Below are positions 46,838 to 57,473 of a stretch of 64,000 nucleotides of DNA, in pieces (the stretch's first letter is position 1; every line of letters begins with the position of its first letter). The stretch lies in NCBI GenBank assembly GCA_965368975.1, contig CBDUPA010000005.1:128001-192000 (forward strand), in the 5' to 3' direction. Under the pieces are notes generated by a model. That model ran no database searches. It had not been told where the DNA came from and was given only the letters and a program-made list of their open reading frames with translations. The DNA comes from an uncultured bacterium. GTDB lineage: Bacteria > Acidobacteriota > Thermoanaerobaculia > Multivoradales > JAHZIX01. A program made the translations under genes and the position numbers.

Positions 46838-48824
46838 GATGATGAGTAGCTCGACCTTGTTTTACAGGGTTCGATCCCGTGGACGGTTGTACTGGGCTCG
46901 ATCCAGTGCCTACCTGCAGCGGGGCTCGGTTACGCGAGGGTGGGTCTGGACGGCTTTTCTAGTACTGCTGGCCGTGGCTTACCTGCTGGGGCAGCGCAGC
47001 GCACCGCCTGCGGTTCCGGACGGTCGTTACTCCCGCACGCCAGCTGGCGCACGGGCGTTCATTGAGGACGCCGAGCGCCAGATCCTGGAATTGACCATCC
47101 GTGCCGAACTCACGGCTTGGACGCACAGCAACTTCGTCAACGAAGACACCGAGCTGCTGTCCGCCGGCGCGGACTACCAGCGTGACGTCGAGGTCAGCCG
47201 TCTGGTGCGTCAGGTACGCCGCTTCGATGGCGTCGTCTTGCCTCCCTCCTTGCGCCGCCGTCTGAACTTGCTGGTGCGCCACGTGAACCTGCCGCCGTCC
47301 GCGTCCAGGGAGACTGGCGTGTCCGCAGCTCCCGACCATGAGTTGATGCTGCTGGTGCGGCGGATGCAAGGACGCTACGCTCAGGCGCGCTACTGCCCCG
47401 ATGGTGGCACCTTCGTCGAAGGGCGTTCCGAAGGTTGTCTGGACATCGGTGAGCTACAACGGCGGATGTCCGAGAGTCGTGACCCGCGAGAGCTGCAACG
47501 CTTGTGGCAAGGCTGGCACGGCACGGCCGCCCGCCAGCGCAAGGATTTCGCACGCTACGTCGAACTGGCCAATGCCGGCGCTCGCGACTTGGGCTTCGAC
47601 GACCTCGGTGGTCTCTGGCGCGACCGCTACGACATGTCGGGAGACCGCCTGCGCGCCGACCTGGAGCGCCTGTGGCAGCAGGTGCGGCCACTGTACGACG
47701 CACTGCACTGCCACACGCGTGCGCGTCTGGCGGAGGTCTACGGCGACGCGGTGCCTTCTGGCGAGCCGATCCCGGCGCATCTACTAGGCGATCCCTGGGG
47801 GCAGGATTGGACTGCCCTGTTCGCCCTGGTGGCACCGGCCGATGCCCAGCGAACGGTCAGTCGAGTCACCGCTGCGCCTGCGCCAGATCTGTCAGCCCGC
47901 TTGCAGCAGCAGGTGCCGGACGAGGCGTCGCTGGTGCGCTACGGCGCGGACTTCTTCGTTTCGCTCGGTCTGGAGCCCCTTCCTGATAGTTTCTGGCGTC
48001 GATCGCGCTTCCAGCGCCCTCCCGGCCGCCAGGTAATTTGTCATCCCCTGGCCTGGCATATCGACCTGGCTGACGACGTGCGCCTGAGCGCCTGCATCGA
48101 GATCGATGCTGACAACTTCCGCATGGTGCACCACGAGCTGGGGCACAGCTTCTTCCAGCGTGCCTATCGTCACCAACCCTTGATCTTCCGCGAGGGGGCC
48201 AACGCTGCCTTCCACGAGGCGCTGGGCGACACGATGGTGTTGTCGATCACCCCAGAGTATTTGCATCGCTTGGGACTGCTCGACACCGTACCGCCGCCGC
48301 GGGACGATCTCGACCAGCTACTGCGCCTGGCCCTAGAGCGCGTTGCCTTCTTGCCCTTCGGCCTGGTGGTCGACGAGTGGCGCTGGTCGGTGTTCGCCGG
48401 AGAGGTGCCGCCGGAGACCTACACGGAAGCTTGGTGGCAGCTGCGGCGTGAGTACCAGGGCGTACAACCACCGGTGACGCGCACGGAAGCCGATTTCGAC
48501 CCGGGGTCGAAGTTCCACGTCATCGCCAATGTGCCGTACATTCGTTACTTCTTTTCAAATATCCTGCAGTATCAATTCCACCGTGGCCTGTGCCAGGCAG
48601 CGGGCGTCATGGGACCGCTGCACCGTTGCTCTCTCTACGGCGAGACGGCGGTCGGCGAGCGGCTGAGCACGATGATGGAGATGGGGGCGTCACGCCCCTG
48701 GCCGGATGCGCTCGAGGCGCTGACCGGCGAGCGTGAGATGGACGCGACGGCGATGCTGGAGTACTTCGCGCCGCTGATCGAGTGGTTGGAAGAGGAGAAC
48801 GCAGGGCGTCAGTGTGGATGGTGA
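46838..48824 (+). CDS. Peptidyl-dipeptidase A (ACE-like, peptidase M2)
   Basis: IPAHLLGD.WGQDW, HHELGH, REGANAAFHEALGD, FDPGSKFHV, PYIRYF. Start uncertain. Confidence 0.92.
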
Positions 48825-48868
48825 GAGCGAGCCGAGTCAGGCCGCAGCCCATTACCGAGCGGTGCGTA

Positions 48869-50272
48869 TTACGCAGCAGTGCGTAGCCAACGCCCGAACC
48901 GCTCGTCCAATTCTTCCCAGCTGACCCCTAAACGCGTGCGCAGCGCCTCACCCGTTGGCGGTTCACCCTGGGCCACGGCGGCCAGGAAGGCGCGGAAGCC
49001 GGCTGCCAACTCGGAGCCACTCTCAGGACTGGTGCCTTCGAGAAGGAAGCGGACGAAGAGACCGCTGGTGGCGTAGGCGATCAGACTCTTTTCGCCGCTG
49101 AGGTCTTTGAAGTCGAAGAGCTGTACCAGCCTTTCGAGGCTCGGCGCTCGACCCTCGGCGCGCCGAGCCTTGACCAGCTGGATGGCGGCGTGGATGCCTT
49201 CGAAGCGAACGGTCGTGCCGGGACGCAGCGGCGGTGCCGGAGCCAGGTGGTCGGCGTGGTAGGTGGCGGTGTCGTCGATGTAGCCGTAGGAGAGGTCTTC
49301 GGCCAGGCCCTCGTCCAGCCAGGACGGCAGTGCCGGCCCGATAGCACGGCGATTGATCAGGTGCGCCATCTCGTGCACGATCGTTGCCGCGACCTGGCGG
49401 GGCGATTGCGCTCCCACCGTCACCACCAACAGGCCGTCACCGACGTGGCCATTGGGATCGAGGTCAGCGAGGTCGGGGATCGTGGAGAGGTAGGCACGGT
49501 AGGCGCCGGGATGTTGGAACAGCACCGCGGTTTCGGCGGCCGGTTGGTGCGGAAAGACGCCGTAGCGTTGGCGGTAGCTGGTGGGCAACTGGTGGCCGAC
49601 GTGGTCGAGGAGAGTGAGCAGGTTTGTGTCGTCGACGTCGGTATGCAGGGGGTAGGGTCCCAGCCTGCCGAGCCGACCCGCCGCCCCCAGCAGGCGACGA
49701 GCGGTCGCCAGGTATTCGGGGTTGGGGGCGAGGCCGGGAACCGGTAGCACCGGTGCCGGCTCGCGCCCGAGTGGTGGGCCATCGGGGGCCGGTACCCACA
49801 CCGGCCGGCCGCGGTAGCTGAGGTGCAGCCAGTCGTCTTCCCGCCCGAGCAGGGCGAGGGGCTGAGCGTGATCGAGTGTCACGATGGCGTCACCGGTGGT
49901 GTCCGGGGCCGCGTAGAGAACGCTACCGCCCGGGAGCCACTGCTGCAGGATCAAGCCTCCGGGGGAGCGCAGCGGTGTCGTGCCGGCGGCGTCCGCGCGG
50001 CTGGGCGGCAGTGGAGGAGCCTGCTGGCGCACGTAGATGACGGCTTGCGAAGGTCCGTCGGGTGGTTCGAGGGACCTCTCAGCGTCCGTGGCGGCGGGTA
50101 GGTACCTTTTTTGCAAGTGTTCCTGCAGCCCGTGCGCCAGCGGTCCGACGATCGGCCAGTCGGTCGCGCGTTGCAGGCCGGGCGATGCGGGGTGGTAGGT
50201 CAGCCAAACGTAGCCGGCAAAACCGCCCAGCAACATCACCAACACGAAGTAGAAGGGCAAGGCGCGACGCAT
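48869..50272 (-). CDS. Membrane-anchored zincin-like protein with an SH3-like domain
   Basis: N-terminal TM, SH3b-like LGREDDWLHLSY, HEMAH...WLDEGLAE. Confidence 0.7.
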   Translation of the reverse strand: MRRALPFYFVLVMLLGGFAGYVWLTYHPASPGLQRATDWPIVGPLAHGLQEHLQKRYLPAATDAERSLEPPDGPSQAVIYVRQQAPPLPPSRADAAGTTPLRSPGGLILQQWLPGGSVLYAAPDTTGDAIVTLDHAQPLALLGREDDWLHLSYRGRPVWVPAPDGPPLGREPAPVLPVPGLAPNPEYLATARRLLGAAGRLGRLGPYPLHTDVDDTNLLTLLDHVGHQLPTSYRQRYGVFPHQPAAETAVLFQHPGAYRAYLSTIPDLADLDPNGHVGDGLLVVTVGAQSPRQVAATIVHEMAHLINRRAIGPALPSWLDEGLAEDLSYGYIDDTATYHADHLAPAPPLRPGTTVRFEGIHAAIQLVKARRAEGRAPSLERLVQLFDFKDLSGEKSLIAYATSGLFVRFLLEGTSPESGSELAAGFRAFLAAVAQGEPPTGEALRTRLGVSWEELDERFGRWLRTAA

Positions 50273-50355
50273 CTCTCGGACATTCTCCTACGAACCGGGT
50301 ATTCTTACCGCCCTGGACTGGCCAGCTCGCATCTGGCCGCTCTGGGTCCTCACTA

Positions 50356-50425
50356 GACAATGCCTGCTTGCTGGTACCTGGTGGACAGTGCCTGCTTGCC
50401 AGTGCCTAATTGACAGTACCTGGCA
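50356..50425. repeat. Degenerate 14-bp tandem repeat, 5 copies (consensus about GACAGTGCCTGCTT)
   Basis: gacaatgcctgctt / gctggtacctggtg / gacagtgcctgctt / gccagtgcctaatt / gacagtacctggca in a divergent intergenic region. Confidence 0.75.
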
Positions 50426-50498
50426 GACGGCGCCGAAATTCCCCGCTACTGACGCTGGTACCGCCGCTGGGCGTCCTCGACCAACCTCGAACAAAGTC

Positions 50499-50882
50499 AT
50501 GCGCGTATCCCTCGACGAATTCGAAGAATTAGTAGCTCGGGCGCTCGACAGTCTGCCCGACGAGTTCGCACGTTTGCTCGACAATGTGGCGGTCGTGGTC
50601 GAGGAAGAGCCGAGTGAAGAAGACCTGGCATCTTTGGAGCCGCTCCCTTCAGAGGCCGCGGAAGGAGGGGAAGAGGGGGAACTCTTCGGGCTCTACCTGG
50701 GGGTACCCCTGTCCGAGCGCGATGTCTACTATGGTGCCTTGCCCGACCGGGTGGCGATCTACCGCGGTCCGATCTTGCGCTACTGCCAGAGCCGCCGAGA
50801 GGTGATCCGCGAAGTGCGCGACACCGTCATTCATGAATTGGGTCATCACTTCGGCCTCGACGAAGACGACATGCCGTATTGA
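50499..50882 (+). CDS. Zincin_1 (DUF1025) minimal metallopeptidase
   Basis: LFGLYLG, PDRVAIYRGP, TVIHELGHHFG. Confidence 0.9.
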   Translation: MRVSLDEFEELVARALDSLPDEFARLLDNVAVVVEEEPSEEDLASLEPLPSEAAEGGEEGELFGLYLGVPLSERDVYYGALPDRVAIYRGPILRYCQSRREVIREVRDTVIHELGHHFGLDEDDMPY

Positions 50883-50899
50883 AGTATGCTGGAGCCGAC

Positions 50900-52474
50900 A
50901 TGGAACTGCTGAGCAAACTTGGAGACTTCCTCTCCAATTTCGTATCCAACTCCCTGGCCTTCATCGTAGTGCTGGGAATCATCATCTTCGTGCACGAGGC
51001 GGGCCACATGCTGATGGCCAAGGCCTTCGGCGTGCGCGTCACGACCTTCTCGCTCGGCTTCGGTCGCCGCATCTGGGGCTTCACCCGTGGCGAGACCGAC
51101 TACCGGGTGTCGCTGATCCCGCTCGGTGGCTATGTCAAGATGGCCGGTGAGCTCCCCGGCGAGGATCTCGACGACCCCAGCGGCTTCAATAACAAGCCGC
51201 GCTGGCAACGCTTCCTGGTCTACCTCGCCGGACCGGCGATGAATGTAGCCCTGGCGATCCTGATCGTCGCTGGCCTGTTCATGGTCGGTCTGCAGCTGCC
51301 GGGCGGCGACCTGCCGCCGGTCATCGGAGCGGTCGAGGACGGATCGTCGGCCGAGGCACAGGGTTTGCTGCCCGGCGATCGCATCCTAGAGGTCAACGGC
51401 CAGGACGTCGATGGCTGGACCGAGGCCGAGCTGCTGATCGTTGGGGCTCCTGAGGGGCCCGTGGCCTTGGCGGTCGAGCGGGACGGCGACGACAGCGACG
51501 CGACGCGGCGGCTGGAAGTCGAAGTGACGCCGCGCAAGCTGGAGTGGGACGGCAACTACACCGATACCGCCGGCCTGTTGCCCCAGCAGCTGGCGAGCAT
51601 CGCGGCGCTCAGCGAGGGCATGCCGGCGCAGCGCGCCGGTCTGCAGGTGGGCGACGAGATTCGTGCGGTCGATGGCCGGCCGATGGTCAATTCGCAGGTG
51701 TTCATCGACTACATCAATGCGCGCCCAGAGCAAGAGGTGCACATCGAAGTGATGCGCAGCGGTGAGCGCCTGGAGTTCGTGCTGGTGCCCGAGAAGCAAG
51801 CCAGCGGCATCGGCATGATCGGCGTTAGCATCGGCCTCTACCAGCGCTATGGCTTTGGTCAGTCGCTGGTGCAGAGCGTGCGCTACAACGTCAATATGGT
51901 CAAGCAGGTCTACTTCGTCCTCAAGACCATCTTTCTCGGTCGTATCGCTGCCGACAAGGCGCTCTCCGGTCCGTTGGAGATCGCCAAGATCAGCGGGCAG
52001 GCAGCCCGCACGGGGCCAATCAGCTTGCTGTTTCTGACCGCGCTGATCAGCATCAACATCGGCATCGTCAACTTGCTGCCGATCCCGGTACTCGACGGCG
52101 GCCAGATCCTGATGCTGAGCGTCGAGGGGCTGATTCGCCGCGACTTGCCGCTGCGGGTCAAGGACATGGTCAACATGGTTGGATTCGCGGCCATCATGCT
52201 GTTGATGGTGGGCGTGATCTTCATGGATCTGAGCAAGTCGAAGACCGTCCAGAGTGTGCTGGGCTTGTTCGGCGGCGATTCTGAACAGAGCGAACCGGCG
52301 GTACCTGCTGCAAACGGGCTCTCTGAGGATGGGGCTTCTGAAGATGGAGCCGTCGAAGTGGAGACTGAGGCTACTGCATCTGAGGGCGCTTCCGAGGGCG
52401 CCATCGACGAGGACGCCGGCTCTGAAGACGCCGAGAGCAGTGATGCCCCACCGCCGGAGGTGCCGACTCCGTGA
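50900..52474 (+). CDS. rseP: RIP metalloprotease RseP
   Basis: HEAGH, FSLGFG, PLGGYVKM, two PDZ domains, NLLPIPVLDGG. Confidence 0.95.
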   Translation: MELLSKLGDFLSNFVSNSLAFIVVLGIIIFVHEAGHMLMAKAFGVRVTTFSLGFGRRIWGFTRGETDYRVSLIPLGGYVKMAGELPGEDLDDPSGFNNKPRWQRFLVYLAGPAMNVALAILIVAGLFMVGLQLPGGDLPPVIGAVEDGSSAEAQGLLPGDRILEVNGQDVDGWTEAELLIVGAPEGPVALAVERDGDDSDATRRLEVEVTPRKLEWDGNYTDTAGLLPQQLASIAALSEGMPAQRAGLQVGDEIRAVDGRPMVNSQVFIDYINARPEQEVHIEVMRSGERLEFVLVPEKQASGIGMIGVSIGLYQRYGFGQSLVQSVRYNVNMVKQVYFVLKTIFLGRIAADKALSGPLEIAKISGQAARTGPISLLFLTALISINIGIVNLLPIPVLDGGQILMLSVEGLIRRDLPLRVKDMVNMVGFAAIMLLMVGVIFMDLSKSKTVQSVLGLFGGDSEQSEPAVPAANGLSEDGASEDGAVEVETEATASEGASEGAIDEDAGSEDAESSDAPPPEVPTP

Positions 52475-53424
52475 GTACGGAATCCAGCTTCACGCCGGAG
52501 ACGGGACCCAGTGGCGCTGCCAGAGGACCCAGTGGCGCTGCCAGAGGACCCAGTGGCGCTGCCAAGAGACCCAGTGCCAGAAAGAGCCATCCGGCCGTAC
52601 GTTTCCTGCTGCGCTGGGGAGGGCGGCTGGCCTACGTAGGCCTGCTCGGCGTGCTCTTCGTGCTCGCCGGATACTTCGCCTTCAGCTTCTTCGTGCGCAG
52701 CGGCGTCACGGCGGCACCGCAGCTCGGTGGCGTCTCCGAGGCGGAGGCGCGTGAATTGCTGGCCAACCGCGGCCTCGACCTGCAAGTGCTCGAGGCAGGC
52801 GAATTCGACCCCGAGATTCCCGCCGGGCACATCGTACGCCAGGACCCGCCGGCACGCACGCTGGTCAAGCGGGGGGGCGACGTGCGCGTGCTGCTGAGCC
52901 TGGGACCGCAGGTGCTGCGGGTTCCCGACCTCAGCGGGCAAACGGCCCTGGCGGCGCAGATCGAACTGTCGGCTGCCGGCCTGGTGCCCGGCCGCACGGT
53001 CAGCGTGCGCCAGGACGCCCTCGCGGGTACCGTCGTCGGGCAGAGCCCGGCAGAGGATGCCGCGGTGGCGCCGGGTACAGTAGTGGATCTGCTGGTGTGC
53101 AGTGCCGACCAGAGCGGGACCTTCGTCATGCCGGACCTGATCTACCGTGACTACGAGACCGTGCGCCGCTTCTTCTCGCAGCGCGGCTTCCGGCTCGGAC
53201 GTGTCAAGTACGACACCTACCCCGGCATCCGCGAGGGCGTGATCCTGCAACAGTTCCCGCGCGCCGGCAATCCGCTACGGCGTCAGGATGCGATCTCCCT
53301 GGAGGTCGTGCGCAATCAACTGTCACGAGGAGTGGAGGAGGCCGAGAGCCCCGAGTCGGCAGCCGCGGTTTCGACGCTGCCCGAGGCGCCTACGACACCC
53401 ACCTCGCCAGGAGGTGACACATGA
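52471..53424 (+). CDS. PASTA-domain membrane protein
   Basis: TM helix plus three PASTA repeats (VPDLSG, QSP, MPDL). Confidence 0.88.
   Translation: MSTESSFTPETGPSGAARGPSGAARGPSGAAKRPSARKSHPAVRFLLRWGGRLAYVGLLGVLFVLAGYFAFSFFVRSGVTAAPQLGGVSEAEARELLANRGLDLQVLEAGEFDPEIPAGHIVRQDPPARTLVKRGGDVRVLLSLGPQVLRVPDLSGQTALAAQIELSAAGLVPGRTVSVRQDALAGTVVGQSPAEDAAVAPGTVVDLLVCSADQSGTFVMPDLIYRDYETVRRFFSQRGFRLGRVKYDTYPGIREGVILQQFPRAGNPLRRQDAISLEVVRNQLSRGVEEAESPESAAAVSTLPEAPTTPTSPGGDT
52504..52576. repeat. 21-bp tandem repeat GGACCCAGTGGCGCTGCCAGA, about 3.5 copies (GPSGAAR)
   Basis: Directly visible, in frame. Confidence 0.9.
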
Positions 53425-54161
53425 GCGAGCGAGTTAGTTCCCGTCGCTCACGGCCGGTCCTCATCGCGCCGTCCATTCTGTCGGCCGACCTGGCCGACCT
53501 GGCTTCGGCGGTCGAGCTGTGCGCGCGCGGTGCCGCCGACCTTGTCCACTTCGACGTCATGGACGGACACTTTGTGCCCAACCTGACCTTCGGCATTCCG
53601 GTGCTGGCGGCGCTGAAACAGCGCACCGAGTTGCCGATCGACGTTCACCTGATGGTCGAAGACCCGGATCGCCTGCTCGACGAATACCTGAAAGCCGGTG
53701 CGGCGCGTGTCGCGGTGCACCAGGAAGCCGCGGTGCATCTGGACCGTACACTGAATCACATACGCTCTGCCGGCGTCGCCGCGGGCGTCGCGCTGAACCC
53801 GGCAACGCCGGTGGAAACGCTGCGCGACGTACTTGATATCGTGGACTTCGTGCTCCTCATGTCGGTCAACCCCGGCTTCGGCGGTCAGCCTTTCCTGCCT
53901 TACGTGTTGCGCAAGGCCGAGCGGCTGTGCCAGCTGGCCGAGGCCAGCGGAACAGAAGTCGAGATCGAGATCGACGGTGGCATCAGCCCGGCGACCGTCG
54001 GGGCGGCTGCCAAGGCCGGCGTCGACACCTTCGTGGCTGGCTCGGCGGTGTTCGGAACTTCCGATCCCGTCGCGGCCATGGACGACCTCCGGCGCTTGGC
54101 CCTCGCCGCCCGCGGGCATGGACATCTAGCCGCCAACGAACCAAGGAGACTGGAATCTTGA
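53421..54161 (+). CDS. rpe: Ribulose-phosphate 3-epimerase
   Basis: IAPSILSAD, HFDVMDGHFVPN, MSVNPGFGGQ, IDGG. Confidence 0.97.
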   Translation: MSERVSSRRSRPVLIAPSILSADLADLASAVELCARGAADLVHFDVMDGHFVPNLTFGIPVLAALKQRTELPIDVHLMVEDPDRLLDEYLKAGAARVAVHQEAAVHLDRTLNHIRSAGVAAGVALNPATPVETLRDVLDIVDFVLLMSVNPGFGGQPFLPYVLRKAERLCQLAEASGTEVEIEIDGGISPATVGAAAKAGVDTFVAGSAVFGTSDPVAAMDDLRRLALAARGHGHLAANEPRRLES

Positions 54162-55027
54162 AGAGGGATGCATTGCGTTGTCTGGGACCGCTGTTCTTGG
54201 TGCTGCTACCGCTGGTAGCACTGACCTCGGGCTGTGGTTCGAGAGAGGATCCGGTTCTCTCCTTGTCCTCGGAAGAGGCCTTGAACTTGGGCAAGGAGCA
54301 GTTCGAGCGCGAGAAGTGGTACCGCGCTCGTCGATACTTGACTCACGCCTTCGAGATCGCGCCCAACTCGCCGGGTGGTCGGGAGGCTCTGCTGCTGGCG
54401 GCCGATACCTTCTTCATGCAGGGCGGTGAGGCCAACCTGATCCAGGCAGAGGCCAAGTACCGCGACTTCCTGGCCCGCTTCCCGACCAGCAACCGCTCTG
54501 ACTACGTGCAGTACCAGATCGCCAACTCCCTGGCGCGCCGCATGGAGCGTCCCGACCGAGACCAGACGGTCACCGAGCGGGCGTTGCAGACGTATGAGGA
54601 ATTGCTGCAGCTGTATCCCACGAGCGAATACGCGGCGCTGGCGCGCGAGCAGATCCGGGTAGTGCGTGACCAGCTGGCGGAGCATGAGTACACGGTCGGC
54701 GACTTCTACTTGACCTACGGGCTGCCGCCGGCCGCGGCCAAGCGTTTCGAGGGCATCCTGGAAGAGTACCCGGACTACAGTCGCAAGGAGCGGCTCTACC
54801 TCGATCTCGGCATCGCCTACATCCGTAGCGCCAGGACCGACGAGGCGGACGAGATCTTCCACCGCTTGAAGCGAGAATATCCAGACAGCGAGTACATCGA
54901 CGACATCCCTCATGACGACCTCGAAGAGATGCGCAAGCGGGTTGCCGAGGCCAACGCTGCCCGAGAAGCCCGAGAGGCAGCCGAGGCGGCGGCAGATGCA
55001 TCCACAGAGGAGGAGGCCGAACCATGA
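54158..55027 (+). CDS. bamD: Outer membrane assembly lipoprotein BamD
   Basis: Lipobox TSGC, FPTS..SDYVQY, DRDQT, LAEHE..VG.FY. Confidence 0.88.
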   Translation: MKRDALRCLGPLFLVLLPLVALTSGCGSREDPVLSLSSEEALNLGKEQFEREKWYRARRYLTHAFEIAPNSPGGREALLLAADTFFMQGGEANLIQAEAKYRDFLARFPTSNRSDYVQYQIANSLARRMERPDRDQTVTERALQTYEELLQLYPTSEYAALAREQIRVVRDQLAEHEYTVGDFYLTYGLPPAAAKRFEGILEEYPDYSRKERLYLDLGIAYIRSARTDEADEIFHRLKREYPDSEYIDDIPHDDLEEMRKRVAEANAAREAREAAEAAADASTEEEAEP

Positions 55028-55884
55028 ACTCGATCGAAGTCACGAAACCCGAGGCTGTTGACGCCCGCACGCGTGTCTGGACGCGGTGGCTACGCCCGTT
55101 GCTCTTGGCGCCCCTGATCGTCCTGCTCGGCGCCTGCTCGGGCGCTCTACCCGGACAGCAGGACCCCGAGCTGGCCTCGGAGATTCGCAACTTGCAGCGG
55201 CGTGTGCTCGAGCTCGAGAAGCAGTCGCGCGTCAACCAGGTGGAGCTGTCGCGCGTACGGTTGCGTGTGGCTGAACTGGAAGCGCGTCGCGGTGGACCGG
55301 TCCGCGGCACCGAGTCGCCGAGGCAGGAGACGCCGCCGTCGAGCCCCCCCGCCACGCCACCGCGATCCTTCGCCAGCGAACCCTTGGAAGAGGAAGACCT
55401 GGAGGCCGTCTCCTACAGCCCGCCGGCCGCCGACTCACCATCGCGTCCGGGCACCTCACCTCCGACGGGTGGTTCCTTGGCGGGGAGTGCTAGCGCCGGG
55501 GCCACGGGAGCCAGTGCCCAGGAACTCTACGATCGCGGCTACACCCTGTATCACCAGGGCCGCTATCTGGATTCCGAGTCGACCTTTCAGCAGTACCTGC
55601 AGCAGCATACAGATACCGATCTGGCCGATAACGCTCAGTATTGGATCGGAGAGAGCCGCTATGCTCGTAAGGACTTCCAGGGGGCCCTTGCTGCGTTCGT
55701 CGAGACGGTAGACCGCTATCCGCAGGGCAACAAGGTGCCCGCGGCTCTGCTAAAGGCCGGACAGTGTCTGGAAGAACTCGGCGACCTCGACACCGCACGC
55801 CAGACGTACCAGCAGTTGATGGAGCGTTTCCCGAACAGTGCCTCCACGGTCACCGCGCAGGAGCGCCTGGCGGCTCTTCGTTGA
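55024..55884 (+). CDS. cpoB: Tol-Pal associated CpoB/YbgF
   Basis: Lipobox LGAC, coiled coil, ADNAQYWIGE, KVPAALLK. Confidence 0.88.
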   Translation: MNSIEVTKPEAVDARTRVWTRWLRPLLLAPLIVLLGACSGALPGQQDPELASEIRNLQRRVLELEKQSRVNQVELSRVRLRVAELEARRGGPVRGTESPRQETPPSSPPATPPRSFASEPLEEEDLEAVSYSPPAADSPSRPGTSPPTGGSLAGSASAGATGASAQELYDRGYTLYHQGRYLDSESTFQQYLQQHTDTDLADNAQYWIGESRYARKDFQGALAAFVETVDRYPQGNKVPAALLKAGQCLEELGDLDTARQTYQQLMERFPNSASTVTAQERLAALR

Positions 55885-55945
55885 GCTTGACCGAAGAATC
55901 TACGAGGAATTACGCTTTCACCGAGGGAAATTCCCGCTTCCAGCC

Positions 55946-55974
55946 TTGACGTCAGGCGAATTTGCGGATATTTT
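55946..55974 (+). promoter_or_regulatory. Sigma70-like promoter for the LysM gene
   Basis: TTGACG-N17-TATTTT. Confidence 0.55.
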
Positions 55975-56046
55975 AGTCATAGCATCTCGTCTATACGCAG
56001 CTCCGACGAGCCTGCTGTGGATCCACCGAAACGGAGCGTTGAAAGT

Positions 56047-57336
56047 ATGGCTGATTTTCCAGCGTCCAACCGGCCACCGCGGCACCTTGCCCGGTACCTG
56101 TCCCAAGTCTCTCGCTTCTGCATGGGTGCGGTACTTCTGTGTGCCGTGACCGTCGGCGTAGTGACGAGCGGTGCTGCTCACGCGCAGCGTAGCGCACCGC
56201 CGCGGGACCTACAGAATGTTGGAGGTCATTGGACGGCGTGGCAACCGCCTTCGGCCTTCCCGGAAGGCGCCCAGGTCTACGTCATCGAGTCGGGGGACAC
56301 CCTGTGGGCTCTGGCGCAGCGCTTCTACGGCAATCCGTATCTCTGGCCGCAGGTGTGGGAACTGAACCAGTACATCCGCGACGCGCACTGGATTTACCCC
56401 GGCGACCCGCTGGTGGTCGGCATTGCGGTCATGACGCCGGAAGAAGTCGCCCAGGCGCAGCTCGAAGACGAAGCGGCGACAGCGGGTGAAGAAGGACCGG
56501 GCGAAGAGTTGAGCACGCCCGCGAGCGAGAATGTCTTCGGCATTCTCAGCCTGGACGAGGCGCTGGGTGATCTCGATCCGCTGGGCCTGTCGTCCGACAT
56601 CTACTGCGCTGGCTACGTCGGCGAAATGGAAGAAGAGTTTGGCTATTCCATCATCGGCTCTGAGCACGACGTGCAAGCACCGCAGATCGGTGGCCTCGCA
56701 GACCGCGGTAACGTCGCCAGCCAGGGCCTCTACGGCGCCCTGGACAGCACGCGCTTCGCCCTCAGCGAAGGTGACATCGTCTACATCGATGGTGGTCTTG
56801 CGGCCGGTTTGGCGGTAGGACAGCGTTTCGCCATCGTGCAGCCCAAGGAAGTGGTCGATCACCCGCGCACGCGCCAGCTCTTCGGCCGCTACTACGGCTA
56901 CCAAGGGCAGTTGCGGGTGCTGTCGGTGCAAGAGACTACCGCCATCGCCGAGATCTACCAGGCGTGTGACAGTATTTTCATCGGTGACTTCCTCAAGCCT
57001 TATGAAGAAGAACCAGTGCCGGTTGGTCAGGTCGGCGACCCGCGCCCACCCAACTATCCCACCGCAGCCGGTGTGCTCGCGGATGCGCCCGTCATCTTGC
57101 ACTCCAAAGACGGGGTGGTCGGCCTGGGTCAGAACCAGGTTGTGTTTGTCGACCGCGGCGAAGAGGAGCTTCTGCCTGGTGACATTTACACGGTCTACCG
57201 CGAGAACGTCAACGGTCTTCCGCCGGTTGTCCTCGGCGAGCTGGCCATTCTTTCGGTGCACCCACGCTCCGCGGTCGCTCGCATCCTCGAGTCCCGATAC
57301 CCGATCTATCTGGGTGACCTGCTCGAGCTGAAGTAG
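56047..57336 (+). CDS. LysM peptidoglycan-binding protein (TsaP-like)
   Basis: YVIESGDTLWALAQRFYGNPYLWPQVW...HWIYPGD. Confidence 0.88.
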   Translation: MADFPASNRPPRHLARYLSQVSRFCMGAVLLCAVTVGVVTSGAAHAQRSAPPRDLQNVGGHWTAWQPPSAFPEGAQVYVIESGDTLWALAQRFYGNPYLWPQVWELNQYIRDAHWIYPGDPLVVGIAVMTPEEVAQAQLEDEAATAGEEGPGEELSTPASENVFGILSLDEALGDLDPLGLSSDIYCAGYVGEMEEEFGYSIIGSEHDVQAPQIGGLADRGNVASQGLYGALDSTRFALSEGDIVYIDGGLAAGLAVGQRFAIVQPKEVVDHPRTRQLFGRYYGYQGQLRVLSVQETTAIAEIYQACDSIFIGDFLKPYEEEPVPVGQVGDPRPPNYPTAAGVLADAPVILHSKDGVVGLGQNQVVFVDRGEEELLPGDIYTVYRENVNGLPPVVLGELAILSVHPRSAVARILESRYPIYLGDLLELK

Positions 57337-57473
57337 GTTCGCCCCCCTCCAGCATCCACCGCGCCGAGGCTGCATTTGTCGTGGCGCCCTCCGGCCATCT
57401 TTGCTATCGTGGTTGGATCGCAGCGCGCCCAAGACAATTTTGCAGAGTCGGATGCTCGGAGGGAGGAATCGCC

